The notes below the pieces were generated by a model. The model had not been told where the DNA came from. It saw nothing but the letters and a program-made list of their open reading frames with translations, and ran no database searches. This document shows positions 36,750 to 50,049 of a DNA stretch of 64,000 bases, in pieces. A program made the position numbers and the translations under genes. The stretch is from assembly GCF_004010195.1 (NCBI RefSeq), contig NC_057719.1, positions 12,625,969 to 12,689,968 of the forward strand, in the 5' to 3' direction. Each line of letters starts with the position of its first letter. Position 1 is the first letter of the stretch. This DNA comes from Chiloscyllium plagiosum. Taxonomy: Eukaryota.

Positions 36750-37545
36750 TTAGATATAGATAAGCTGCAGAACTGGGCAGAAAGGTGGCAAATGGAGTTC
36801 AATGTAGCTAAGTGTGAGGTGATTCACTTTGGTAAGAGTAATAAAAAGATGGGGTACTGGGCTAACGGTCGGATACTTGGTAGTGTGGATGAGCAGAGGG
36901 ATCTTGGTGTCCATGTACACAAATCTTTGAAAGTTGCCACCCAGGTAAATAGTGCGGTGAAGAAGGCATATGGCGTACTGGCTTTTATTGGTAGAGGAAT
37001 TGAGTTCCGGAGTACTGAGGTCATGTTGCAGTTGTATAAGACTCTGGTGCGGCCACATCTGGAGTATTGTGTGCAGTTTTGGTCGCCATACTATAGGAAA
37101 GATGTGGAGGCACTGGAACGGGTGCAGAGGAGGTTTACCAGGATGTTGCCTGGTATAGTAGAAAGATCGTATGAGGAAAGGCACAGGCACCTGGGGTTGT
37201 TCTCATTGGAGAAAAGAAGGTTTAGGGGTGACTTGATAGAGGTGTATAAGATGATTAGGGGTTTAGATAGGGTCGACAGTGAGAATCTTTTTCCACGTAT
37301 GGAGTCAGCTATTACAAGGGGGCATAGCTTTAAATTAAGGGGGGGTAGGTATAGGACAGATGTTAGGCGTAGATTCTTTACTCAGCGAGTCGTGAGTTCA
37401 TGGAATGCCCTGCCAGTAGCAGGGCATTGGATAGGCATATGGAGGATAGTGGGCTAGTGTAGGTTAGGTGGGCTTGGATCGGCGCAACATCGGGGGCCGA
37501 AGGGCCTGTACTGCGCTGTATTCTTCTATGTTCTATGTTCTATGT
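36750..37545 (+). mobile_element. Relatively young CR1 3' fragment (221-aa open remnant)
   Basis: ORF 36792-37457 is an uninterrupted CR1 ORF2 C-terminus; (ttctatg)3 tail; CpGs retained. Confidence 0.95.
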
Positions 37546-38074
37546 AATACAAAGAATGCAAAAATAATCAGTACAGTAGTGTTAAATTTGGGAAGCACTA
37601 CGTGACATGTGTACTGTCCATCAGTCACACTCTGTATGACTGTACTGAGTTTATTTAAAAGACAGAAAGCTCAATCTTCCATTAATCATAAATATGAATG
37701 AGCCAAGGTCACTTATCCATTAGTGAGTTTTACTTTGAATCCAGATGGACAAAGCTCTTGGAACTGAAATTGCATTAATTTTGTTCCTGATTGTAAGGCG
37801 TATAGCAGTATTGCTTTATCATAAAACTTTGCGTGATTTTTCTAGATATGTAATGTATCTTGTTTTTGCCCGAAAATACAATTTTTCAAAAAAATCTTTG
37901 TTTTCTTTAATACAAAATGCCAGAAATATTCAACAGATCAGGCAGCATCTGGCAAGATGAGCATCATTGACATTTCACATTGATGACATTGAATGACCAC
38001 CCTATCATGATAGGCCAAAGAGCATGGTAATGGAACAAGTGAAGAAACTGTCTAGGGAACCTGCACCTGAAAAC

Positions 38075-41000
38075 AAAAATATCAGAACAGAATTAGGCCA
38101 TTTGACCCATTGAGTCTGCTCTACCATTTGATTATGGCTAATATGTTCTAAACCCCATTCTCCTGCCTTCTCCATGTTACTTTTGATCCCCTTACCAATC
38201 CAGAACCTATCTAACTCTATGGGGAATACGTTCTAAGACCTACCGCAGAAGACCGAAACCGCGGATAGTAGCGAACCCATTCATTTAAATGGGAAATTTA
38301 CCTCCACGGCAGCCCCCTGTTTCTGGAATATTCTATATAATATGTTCAAGCTGCAGGTAACTGAAACAGTGGAAACCGACTTCGTGGATACGGCGGTCGC
38401 CCTATAGACTCAATCTCCTTCTATGGCAATGAGTTCCACAGATTCACCTTCCTCTGGCTGAAGATATTCCTTCTTGTCTCTATTCTAAAGGGTCATCCCT
38501 TCACTCTGAAACTGTGCCTTTGGGCCCTAGTTTCTCTTACTAGTAAAAATATCTTTTCCACATCCATGCTATCTGGGGTTTCTCAAATTCTGTAAGTTTT
38601 AATCAGTTCCTCCCCTCATCCTTCTAAACTCCATCGATTACAGTTCTTAACCGCTCTTCATATAACAAGCCATTCATCCTGAGATCATTCTTGTAACCTC
38701 CTCTGGACCCCCTCCAATGCCAGCACATCCTTTCTTAGATAAGGGGCCCAGAACTGCTCTCAATATTCCCAATACAGTATGACCAGAACCTCGTACGTCA
38801 GTATACAGCAGTACATCTCTGTTTTTGTATTCTAGCCCACTTGAAATGAATGCTGACATTGCGTTTGCCTTACTAACTACCAATTGAACCTACATGTTAA
38901 CAGTCAGAGCATCCTGAACTAGGACTCCAAAGTCTCTTAGTGCTTCAGATTTCTGAAATCTTTCCCCCTGTTTAGAAATTAGTCTACTCTATTCCTCCAA
39001 CCGAAGTGCATAACTTCACACTTGCCCACATTGTATTCCACTGCCACTTCTTTGCCCACTCACCTACCCTAGCTATGTCCTTCTGCAGGCTCCCTGCCTT
39101 TCAATACTACCCGCTCCTATCTACCACCTATCTATGTGTCATCTGAAATTTAGTAGCGATGCCCTCGTTCCTGCATCCAGATTGCTAATATATAATGTGA
39201 ATAGATGTGGTCCCAATACTGACCCCTGTGGAACTCCAATAGTCACTAGTTGCCATCCTCAAAAAAAACCCTTTATCCCCACTCACTGCCTTCTGTCAGT
39301 CAATCCTCTCGCCATCCCAGTTCCTTGCCCCTAACACCATGGACTTTTAGTTTATTTAGCAGTGTCCTGAGCTGCAGACTGCTGCCTTTAGGAAATCCAA
39401 ATAGATCACATCTACTAGCTCTTTTTTTTGTCTGATTTGTTTGTTATGTCCTCAAAGAATTCTGACAGATTTGTAAGACATGACATCCCCCTCTTGATGA
39501 AGCACAATCAGCTGCACTCCATCTGGTTTGTGTGATTTATCTACCTTCAGATTTTTCAGCTTTCTTAGTGATGTCCCCTAGACTCACCTCTGCCCTCTCA
39601 TTCTCTCAAAGTTCTGATATGCTACTGGTACCTTCCACCATGAATACTGATGCAAAGTACCTATTTAGTTCCTTAGCCATTTATTTGCTCCCCATTACTA
39701 TGTCTCCAGCCTCATTGTCTAGTGTTCAGTGTCCAGTCTTGCCTCTTCCTTACCTTGCAATTTTCTTTTATATTACAAGCTAGCTTACATTTCATATTTC
39801 ATCTTCTCCTCCTGGTACTTTTTTTAGTTATCCTCTGCTGTTTTTAATGGCTTCCCAATCCTCTGACTTCCCATTAATCTTCACCACATTGTATGCTTTT
39901 CATTTGCTTTTGTGCTGTCCCTGACTTTTGTCAGCCATAATCACTTCATTCTCCCCTTAGTATGTTTCTTCTACCTTGAGTTCACCTCTGCTGTGCTTCC
40001 CCAGTTACCCCCAGAAATTCCTGCCATTGCTGTTGCACTGTCTTCCCTGCAATTTGCTTCCCCTTCCAATCAAATCTGGCCAGCTCCTCCCTCATGTCTT
40101 TGAAGTCACCTTCACTCAATTTTAATGCCATTACATCGGATTCGAGCTTCTCCCTGTCAAACTGCAGAGTGAATTCTATCATATTGTGGTCACTGCCCTC
40201 TTAGAGGTCCTTCACCTTAAATTCCCTAATCAAGTCTGCCTATTACTTGTCACCAAATCTTCCTTAGTGGCTCTACCACAGACGACTTCAAAATGCCAAC
40301 TATCGACATTCCACAAATTCTTTTAGAGTCACAGAAACAGAGATGTATAGCATGGAAATGGATCCCACAGTCCAACTCATCCATGCGGCCCAGATATCCT
40401 ACATTAACCTAGTCCCATTTGCTAGTATTTGGCCCATATCCTTCTAAATATTTCCTATTCATGTACCCATCCAGATGCCTTCTAAATGATGCAATTGTAT
40501 CAGCCTCTACCACCTCCTCTGGCAGCTCATTCAAGATACGCACCACCCTTTACGTGAAAAAGTTGCTCCTTAAGTCCCTTTTAAATCACTCGCCTCTCAT
40601 CTTAAACCTATGCGCTCCAGTTTCGGACACCCCTATCTGGAGAAAACACCTTGGCTGTTCACCCTATCCATACCGCTCATGATTTTATAAACCTCTATAA
40701 AGTTTGTAAACTTCTGTCACCCCTCAGCCTCCAAAGCTCCAGGGAAAACAGCCCCAGCCCAATCAGCCTCTCCCTCTCGCTCAAACCCTCCAACTCTGGC
40801 AACATCCTTGTAAATCTTTTCTGAACCCTTGTAAGTTTCACAATATCTTTCCTAGAACAGGGAAACCAGAACTGAATGCAGTATTCCAAAATTGCCTAAC
40901 CAATGTCTTGTACAGCTACAACATGACCTCTCAACTCCGATATTCAATGCACTGACCAATAAGGACAAGCATACCAAAAGTCGTCTTCACTACCCAGTCC

Positions 41001-41500
41001 ATCTGTGACTCCTCCACGTTCAAGGAAGCATGAACCTGCATTCAAAAGTCTCTTTGTTCAGTAACCTACCTTAGGACCTTACCATTATATAAGTCCTACC
41101 TTAATTTGTTTTACCAAAATGTAGCACCTCACATTTGTCTAATTTTCTTGGGATCCGATACCAACCTGATTTTCCCAGTTGATCTGCATATTGAAATCCT
41201 CCATGGTTCTTGCCTGCCTTTTCTATCTTGCAATTTATTTTCTGCTCCAAATCCTAACTACTGCCTGGAGGCCTGTCCACAACTCCCATCAGGGTCTTTT
41301 TTTCTTTTGTGGTTCCTCAATTCTGCCCCCACATATTCTATGTCTTCTTGCTATCGATTTTAATTTCATTTCTTACTAACAATGTAACCCTATCTCCTCT
41401 GCCCATTGCCTTTCCTTTTGATAGGATGCATATTCTTAGATATTTAGTTCCCAGCCCTGATCCCCTTGCAGCCATGTCTCTGATACCGACAACATCAAGG
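38075..41500 (-). mobile_element. Long decayed CR1 with a nested CR1 3' fragment (~40325-41137) and a MITE
   Basis: ORFs 38674-38883, 39982-40182, 40695-40889 and 41338-41532 are CR1 ORF2 pieces. Confidence 0.85.
38220..38403. mobile_element. Tigger/pogo-like MITE, one end truncated
   Basis: ggggaatacgttctaagacc...gaaaccgcggatagta and ...ggaaaccgac..gtggatacggcgg resemble Tigger-type subterminal motifs. It is CpG-rich, interrupts a CR1 and is flanked by ctat. Confidence 0.6.
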
Positions 41501-41745
41501 GGATAGTATGTGAAAATGATTTTGAGATACACGATGTGGCATATTGAGAGGGCTCAAAAGCCTGAATAGCCTACTTCTATTTCCAGTGTACTCTGTCCCT
41601 CATTTTGGACAGCTCACGCTTCCATCTCCCTTATTATTGTCTTCATGCCCTGGCCTACCAACTGCTTTGATGTCTGCACACCTACTCCCAGTTGACTTTG
41701 TTCCCACTTCTTTCAGAATTGCACCCTTTATGTCTTCAAATAAAA

Positions 41746-42067
41746 TTAGATTAGATTAGATTATATTAGATTACTTACAGTGTGGAAACAGGCCCTTCGG
41801 CCCAACAAGTCCACACCGCCCCGCCGAAGCGCAACCCACCCATACATTTATCCCTTACCTGACACTACGGGCAATTTAGCATGGCCAATTCACCTGACCT
41901 GCACATCTTTGGACTGTGGGAGGAAACCGGAGCACCCAGAGGAAACCCACGTAGACACGGGGAGAACGTGCAAACTACACACAGTCAGTCGCCTGAGGCG
42001 GGAATTGAACCCGGGTCTCTGGCGCTGTGAGGCAGCAGTGCTAACCACTGTGCCACCATGCCGCCCA
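41746..42067 (-). mobile_element. HE1-type SINE (young)
   Basis: (ttaga)n tail, full core, tRNA head; ataaaat duplicated in the flanks. Confidence 0.93.
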
Positions 42068-42156
42068 CTATAAAATGTATCACTTTATAAATTCCTGCAT
42101 TAAATTGAACCTGCCACAGGTTTGTCCATTGCATCACCCTGTCAATGTCCTCTTGA

Positions 42157-42510
42157 AGGAAGTGAGGACTGTAGATGCTGGAGATCAGAGTCGAGAATGT
42201 GCTGGAAAAGCACAGCAAGTCAGGCAGCAGGAGAATCGACGTTTCAGGAATAAGCCCTTCATCAGGAATGGGGCTTGTGGGGCGGGGGACTGAGAGGTAC
42301 CTGGGGGGTGCAATGAGAGAGAGACTCACTGAGATCCTTGCAGAGGGAGGAGGAGAACTTCTTCAAGGTAGGCATCTTTGGAAGAGGCTTCGCAGTAAGG
42401 TTAAAATTAACTAGGAGAAAGTGAGGACTGCAGATGCTGGAGATCAGAGTTGCATTCAAGGAACAGCAGAATCTACATCTCAGGCATAAGCCCTTCTTCA
42501 TCTGACCCGC
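42157..42510 (-). mobile_element. PLE-derived tandem (head-to-tail) terminal repeats with hammerhead-like core
   Basis: Two aagtgaggactg.agatgctggagatcagagt units. Reverse complement of 42233-42270 reads cattcCTGATGAagggcttattcctGAAAcgTCgattc. Confidence 0.8.
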
Positions 42511-42879
42511 CTGACCTGTGATGCTTTTGAAGTCCATCACTATCTCCCTCAAAGTTTACAATACTTCCAAGTGTTATGCAATCTGAAAATTTTGAAATTG
42601 TGCACTGCACACTCAAGCCTGCATAATCATAGATCTGGAATAGAAAATCCTAATAGTGATTCTTGAGGGAACCCCACAGTATACCTTACTGTGGTATGAA
42701 AAATACCAACTCACCACTGTCCTCTGTTTCTTATCACTTGGCCAACTTCACAACTGTGCTGTCACTGTACTTTTTATTCAAATGCATTAACTTTGTTGTC
42801 ATTTCTGTTAAGTAATGCCTCATCAAATGCTTCTATGTAAAGGTATTCTAGGATAGGAAAAGAGAGAGAGAAAGAAAGA

Positions 42880-43290
42880 GGTGAAGGAGCAGGTGTTTGC
42901 ACCTTTCCATACAAGCACAGGGACTATAACATCTCCCATCCTCACGATTCTAGGCACCAAATTTCAAGACAAACAGCAATTTACTGGTCTTTCTTTAAAT
43001 TTGGTATACTGTATTCATTGTTCACAGTTTATTCTCTTTTACTATGGGGAGACCCAGTCTACTTTGGGTAAATGTTTTACAGAGCATCTCTGTTGAGTTT
43101 GGAAGCATGAACCTGAGCTTCCAGTTGCCTGTTAATGTAATTTCTCACCTCCATTCTGGCATTTCTGTCCTTGATCTGCAGTACTGTTCTGATGATGTTC
43201 ATGAAAGCTTGAAGAACAATACCTCATCTTTTGACTGGACGCTTTACTGCCTTCTGGACTCTCCTGGGAGAGTAACTTCAGGTCATTACC
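42880..43290 (+). mobile_element. PLE GIY-YIG endonuclease remnant
   Basis: ORF 42881-43096 ends NLVYCIHCSQFILFYYGETQSTLGKCFTEHL, matching the PLE VYCIxC..YIGET..L..RF.EH pattern. Confidence 0.8.
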
Positions 43291-43724
43291 CTTGCCTCCA
43301 TCTCATTTTGTTTCTCTTTGCTGGTCAGCTTTTTCTCTGGCACATTTATCGTGCATAGTTTAGCAACCAGTGTACAGCTGCAGGAACACATTGAAGTAGC
43401 CAGCTGACATCATTAGCCCTCTCTACAATTGCTTCAGTGGCCAATTTGGCACCTGAACAAGGAGGAGGAACCATTCTCCTTTGATAGAGAGGGACAGCCA
43501 CCAGGTGGAAGGGAACAGATGTAGCAGCATTGCTGGGCCTATAGCACAACCTTCTGGTATCAGGAATGACACCTCTTGATCAGTGGGGTGCCTGGAGAGT
43601 GCCAGCAGACATGGTGAGCATGGCAAAGGAGCAATGGCAAAAGGAGACGTACTCCACTCTGCTTTGTCAGCTTAACCTCCACTTCTGCCTCCAGACTTCC
43701 AGTCTCAAGATGGTGAGAAAAGCA

Positions 43725-44150
43725 AGGCGAAAGTGAGGACTGCAGATGCTGGAGATCAGAGTCAAGATTAGTGCTGCTAAAAAAGCACAGCAGGTCAGGC
43801 AGCATCTGAAGAGCAGGAAAACCGACATTTCAGGCAAAAGCCCTTCATCAGGAATGAGGCTGGGAGTCTCTGGGGTGGAGAGATCAGTGGGAGTAGGGTG
43901 GGGTTGGGGAGAAGGTAGCTAAGAGTGCAATAGGTGGATGGAGATAGGGATGAAGGTGATAGGTCAGAGGGGAGGGTGGACTGAATAGGTAGGAAGGAAG
44001 ATTGGCAGGTAGGACAGGTCATAAGGATGGTGCTGAGCTGGCAGGTTGGAACTGGAGTAAGGTGGGGGGAGGGGAAATGAAGAAACTGGTGAAGTCCACA
44101 TTGATGCGCTGGGGTTGAAGTGGTCCGAGGCGGAAGATGAGGTGTTCCAT
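43725..44150 (-). mobile_element. PLE 3' end (ORF tail EHLIFRLGPLQPQRINVDF, purine-rich UTR, hammerhead-like core)
   Basis: Same family as the end of the 9694 element. Reverse complement of 43821-43856 reads cattcCTGATGAagggcttttgcctGAAAtgTCggt. Confidence 0.85.
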
Positions 44151-44547
44151 GATAAAAGCAATGCAGGCTCATGCCCAGTTGCTTCCTGCAGCCTGTTTCG
44201 GCCAGCTGATGACATGGGCCACAACAAGGCATGTTTGGGTGCCATTTTGGCAGTATGGTTTATCACTTCATTGTTTCTCTCACTTCTCTTTTAGTCCCTT
44301 GATTTTGCTTTTGGATGGCATCTCTACTGGATCCTGCCATTTGCACCTCTTCTAGAGGCATCTTTTGTTTCTTTACTTGTCAGATTAGCAATCACTTTGG
44401 CCCTGCACCATTATTTTCATTCAATCTATCCTGCCCTACACCTAATCACAGACCTATCCTTTTATTTTTCTCTCCACTCTCAGACTTTGATTTACTCAAA
44501 CCTTATTATTATTTTTCTTACAGTTCCCAGTTCTTATGAAAGGCTGC

Positions 44548-44587
44548 AGATTCCTGAAGAAGGGCTTATGCCCGAAACGTCGATTCT
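44548..44587 (+). ncRNA. Minimal type I hammerhead-ribozyme-like motif (best-preserved copy)
   Basis: agattc-CTGAAGA-a-gggc(ttat)gccc-GAAA-cg-TC-gattct: stem I 5 of 6 bp, palindromic ACGT at stem III. Activity untested. Confidence 0.6.
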
Positions 44588-46307
44588 CCTGTTCCTTGGA
44601 TGCTGTCTGACCTGCTGCGCTTTTCCAGCAACACATTTTCAGCTGCAGACCTGAAATGTTAACTTTATTTCTGTACCCACAAATGCTGCCATCGCGTTCC
44701 AGTTTACTTGAAGTACTATTCTATTAACTACCAGTTTCATTGTGACATGACAGCCTCATCATATCTATAACTTTGTGCATGAGCTTTGAAATTTCATTTT
44801 CATTTCTGGTGCTATTATTTCTTAGTGATCAACAATGATTAGCATTATATCTGCAGAGTTTGTTTGAATCCTCTGTGATTATCATATTCACTCATCAGTT
44901 ACTTTGGAGCAATTACAAACTCAAAACTTTAAACTATTGTCTTAACATTCATATCATATAATTTTGTAAAGAAACATACTGAGAGTGAACTTTGAGTCTC
45001 ACATTTCTATCTTAGAAGCTTGTAGCAAACTATAAAGTATTAACATCATTGTGAATATGTCAGCATTACAAGACAATGTCCTGAATGGCCTTTTGCTGTG
45101 CACTGTGTTGTAGGCAGTCATGATGATTGTCTGTAACTAAACTTGAGGTATCTACTGTGTAAGCTATCTCAGCCCTCAATTACCATTCAGTATTCACTCT
45201 TATGCATTCTCTCTGTGCTAAAAGCACTATTCTGCTGGCAATGTAAGTATTCTTTTCATATAGGATTCAATTATATAATCTGCACTATTTTGAATTCTGG
45301 TGTATAAAATTAACTGAAGTCCTGAAGAAAGTTAAAAGTAGCAAATAAAATATTACATACAGCCTAAGTTGGAAAGAAAATTATAGTTAATAAGAAAAAG
45401 ATTAGCTGCTCATTTCTAGGGGTGAGATGGATGGGGAACAAAAAGAATTAAAATCTTCTAGTTGTCTAGTTTGAGAGCTATCTGGATGAGCCTGGAGCAT
45501 ATTTTTTTCAGGCAATTCAAGGAAAAACTTACATTTGCATAAGTAAATTGAGATTCAAGGGCTTGTTGGCTAATAATCATAGCATCATAAACCTTGCAGA
45601 GTGTTTAATGAATGAATCCAGACTGAAGACCCATTAATATGGACGCCTCAGGAATTCACTTAGGGACGTTGGCATTGAAATAAAGAGGAGCAGGCCCAAG
45701 GGAAATCAGGCTTCACGTCTGCATTTTAAATATCGTTGTGAGGTATCAATAACTATGTAATTGAATCCTGAACACAAACTTCAGAATAAGGTGGCAAGGG
45801 AGAGGAAAAGGCTGTCTATTCCTCTCCACTGTGCACACTCTGTGATCAGCCCTGAGAGAATGGGCTTTAAATCCATTAAGTAAAGATTACACACTGTAGA
45901 ATTTCAAAATGGCATTTTAACTACATATTCAATACAGCCTTTTTCTGCATTGAGACTTAACCTGTTTACTGCCAATGAAAACTTTGAATGGTTAGCCATA
46001 TAGCTAATTTATATCACATTTGCTATTTTACTATCACATTTGCCTACTGTATCACAAAATGGCAAGCTCACATATTCTACATATATATCACAGCACATGT
46101 TTTGTTTTGTATTTAACCTTTTCTTTGCCCTTATTTTCTGCTATTCCATACACCTTGATTTGAAAGTGTTTGAAAATGAAGTAGATGATTATTTTATCTG
46201 TCAGTGGGGTTAATGCCACTTCATGAGCAATAAGAGCCAGTTGTACTTCAGACAGTGCAAGGATAGATACCTTGTTCTTAGGTAAATGGCTTACCATCGC
46301 ATGGCAT

Positions 46308-46710
46308 TTTGAATTAGCTTTATTGTCACATGCACTGAAAAGAGTATACAATTCACCATTACAGCACCGTCTTAGATACCAGGTATCTAGGTAAAGATTC
46401 TTCAGCTCAAGTTCCTAGGAAAACATAAATTAGAAAAATAAAGAAATATAAAGTCCAGCATTACAGATCATAGGAATAAATTAGAAAATAGAGAAATAAA
46501 AAGTTCAGGTCAACAGTCCTTCCAACCCAATCTAAATTGACACCTAGCCTCCAGACCATGCTGGGCCTTGACTCCAGACCATCCCAGGCTTCACCACAAG
46601 GCTCTCGACACTGGGAGACCACTCTGGAATCACCTTGAAAGTTCATGCTGATGCTACGCCAGGCTGAAAAACCGCCACGCTAGACAAAGAGACTGCCACG
46701 CAGGGCAGAT
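46308..46710 (-). mobile_element. Unclassified short retroposon with internal direct repeats
   Basis: Minus-strand 3' end gtgacaataaagctaattca; internal repeats taaattagaaaa(a)ta.agaaata (x2) and ctccagaccat (x2). Confidence 0.5.
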
Positions 46711-49334
46711 CTGATTCAACAAACTCAGCTGTGGCATTGAGGTCAAAAAAATGAGTTGGCCAATTTATTTGAGAGCCAAGAGCACCACCTATATAAAAAA
46801 ACAAAGATTACTCCATGGCCCTTCGGTCCTGAAGCCTGCACTGATACATGATGGCTTTCTAAATTAAAAACTATTTGCCTTTAAATATCTCTCTCTATTC
46901 CCTGCCTGTTCAAGATGCTTCTTAAACGTTGCTATTATATCAGCTTCTCCCACCACCTCTGACAGTGCCTTCCAGGACCACCCCCTGTGTAAAAAAGCTT
47001 GCCTCTCCCATTTCCTTTAAACTGTCTCCCTTATTGAGCATGCATATACATTTTCCCATGGTGTACAACTGCTATTATTCTTGCTGCAAACTGTTGTGTA
47101 TCTGACAATGATACCTTGTTATGAGCTGGTTAGGAATAAGTAACTTCAGGTATATTGAATTTGAAATCCACTTATTTATTAAGAGAATTAAAGGCACAAT
47201 ATTCCATGATTTCAAACAAACCGAGTAGATGTTAATATGTAAGCAACAATAAAACAAACAGTAAATATTTTCTACATTATGCTCTAACATCCAGAATTAA
47301 TGAAGTAAATATGAATTAACGGGCAAATTTTGGTTGAACATACCATAAACTACACATTAAATGGCAGACACAACTAAATTTCTCAGGAAATTTACCACCC
47401 AAACTTAAGTCATTACTGTGAGTCATAAAGATTATTTAAATTCCATCCTCTTCTTGAAGAGTTTCACCTTCTCTCCTTTAAAGATCTAGCCTGATCCCCA
47501 GCTGACAACAGATCTTTTTTTATCCAAGCTCCACAAATTCAGTTATCACCCAAAGACACATCATTCGAGATATCTGTCAGATCGTTTGGTCTTCTTTTCT
47601 AACGGAGGTGATCTACTATCTAGACTGTTTCCCCCTGCAATAGCCAGGCTGCCCTCAGCATTTTAACAGAGGTCCCAACATCTTAGGCAGGCTGCTACCA
47701 ACAAGAGATTTTAGGCTTCCCGAAGTCCCAATCTCAACAGCTGCACTAAGCAAAATTATTTTACTGCACTGTCTTTTTAATTAATGAGATGTGGATTTTG
47801 CTGGCTATGCCAATATTTCTTATCCATCCTTAGCTGTCCCGAGAACGAGATGGTAAGCTGTATTTGTGTAGTTGCACCACTGTGCTGTTAGGAAGAGAGT
47901 TCTGAATTTTGACTCAATGCCACTGAAGATACAGTGATATAATTCCAAGTCAGGATAGCGAGTGCTTTGGGGTGAATTTTGAGGGTGGTGGTGTTCACTT
48001 GTATCCGCTGCTCTAAACCTTCTTAATTGTAATAGTTGTGTTTTTGGAGTGTTAGTGAGCAAGTAATTGCTAAAATAGTGCTGCCTTATAGCGCTGTTGA
48101 TGACCACTTCCATGTTGATCGAGAGTAGACTGGTGATAACTGATTGGATTTGATTTTTGAGCATAGGACAAAGTTGAGCAATTTCAGACATGTCATTTAG
48201 GTGATACCTGTTGGAACAGGTTGGCTATGGACGCGGCAAGTCTAGAGTATAAGTCTTCAGTGCTATTATCAGAATGTTGTCAGGGCCTGTAGACTTTCTA
48301 AAACCAGTACCTTCAGCCATTCCTTGAGATTATATGGAGTGAGTCACGTTAGCTGAAGACCGGCATCTTTGATGCTGTGGTCCTCTGTAGGAGACCAAAG
48401 TGGATCATTCACTTTCCACTTATGGCCAAAAATTGTTACAAATGCTGCATCCTTATGTTTTGCACTGATGTCTTGGACTTTGCCATCATTGAGAATTGTG
48501 ATACTCACAAGACCACCTTGAGTCACAACACTCAGCTACATAGAGCAAGTACAATTCTTGGACTTTCCGCAGTCCCAAACACAGCAGCACAATGCTACCA
48601 ACAGCTTCTATAGCTTTCCTGTACAACACTTCAGTTCATGGAGCCAGCATCGCTTTCTATTTGCTCCTGACTGACCTTGTTACATAGGTTCCTTCTTGTG
48701 CTACCAATTCCGATCCTTTCAGCTTCTGTCTGTTGGTTGTCTCTGCACTCTGCCTTCTGCCACTGTCTGTGCTTGCACTGGACTTTTGGGTATGTCAGGA
48801 ATTTTAGGAGATCCCCAACCCAACTTTGAAATCCTTCTGAAAGGGCTGTGTAACTGTTAAATCAAAACAGAAAGTGCTTGAAAGTTCAGAAGGTATAGCA
48901 GCAGCTGTGGAGAGAAAGAGTTAATGTTTCAAGTTAATATGATGCTTCATTGGAACTGTTGAAGGAAAGCAGCGAGTTAGATGAATCAAAAGGGAGAACC
49001 AGGGTAGGTTACAGGCTTTAGTAGCAAAGATGTCAGAACAGGAAACAAAGTAATGGTTGGAAAAAGAAACAAAATAGTGGTTCAGAGGAGATATCAACAG
49101 CAAATGTCTACTCTATCTCTATCCCTTTGGAATGGTGATGGGAGGAAAGGGAAAGATTTGTTTGGTGGAATCATCATGTTGGAGGTGGTAGAAATTGTGG
49201 AGGATGATCCTTTGAATGCATAATAGCAGAAACAAGTTTTAGAATCAATAAGGGTTAAATGACAGGATAGTGTTCAAAAGATAGAATTAGATGCAGTATC
49301 TGAAATCACACAGCATTTGCAGGAGAGTGAGTGA

Positions 49335-49636
49335 TTTAGATTAGATTAGATTCCCTACAGTATGGAAGAAAGCCCTTCGGCCTAACAAGTCCACACCGAC
49401 CCTCCGAAGAGTAACCCAGCTAGACCTATTTCCCTCTGCCTAATGCACCTAACACTATGGGCAATTTAGCATGGCCAATTCATCTGACCTGCACATCTTT
49501 GGATTGTGGGAGGAAACCCACGCAGACATGGGGAGAATGTGCAAACTCCACACAGACAGTTGCCCAAGGCTGGAATTGAACCTGGGAGTCTGGGTGCTGT
49601 GAGGTAGCAGTGCTAACCATTGAGCCACGGTGCTGC
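49335..49636 (-). mobile_element. HE1-type SINE
   Basis: (ttaga)n tail, core and tRNA head. Confidence 0.9.
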
Positions 49637-50049
49637 TGGAACAAGTAACAGTAAATGTTTATGATTTATTTGCTATCACTGAGGCATAACTTCAAATCGA
49701 TCAAGATTGAAAACTGAACATTACAGGATATTTAACATTTAGAAAGGACAGGGAAAAAGACAACAGACTTGGAAAAGTGCTGATAATAAAGAGTTGTGAT
49801 CAGTGCAATAGTGATAGTGATAAAGGACCTTTGATCAGGAAAACATGATTTCAAATCTGTTTGGATGGAGCTAATAAACAACACTGGACAACAAATATTG
49901 GTAGGAATGACTTAAAGCCACCAAATAGTAATAGTAATCTAGGACATGGTATAAATCAGGAAATTAGGAGGTACATGTAACAAGAGAAATCTAATAATCG
50001 TAGGTGACTTCAATCTAAGTGAAAACTGGATAAACCACAGGACTGGGTT

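Noticed and set aside
36792..37457. 221-aa ORF as a host or domesticated gene
   Set aside because: It is the C-terminus of CR1 ORF2 in a 5'-truncated copy with a microsatellite tail.
41985..42067. tRNA genes suggested by A/B-box motifs here and in other SINE heads
   Set aside because: Each continues into SINE core and tail sequence and does not complete a cloverleaf.
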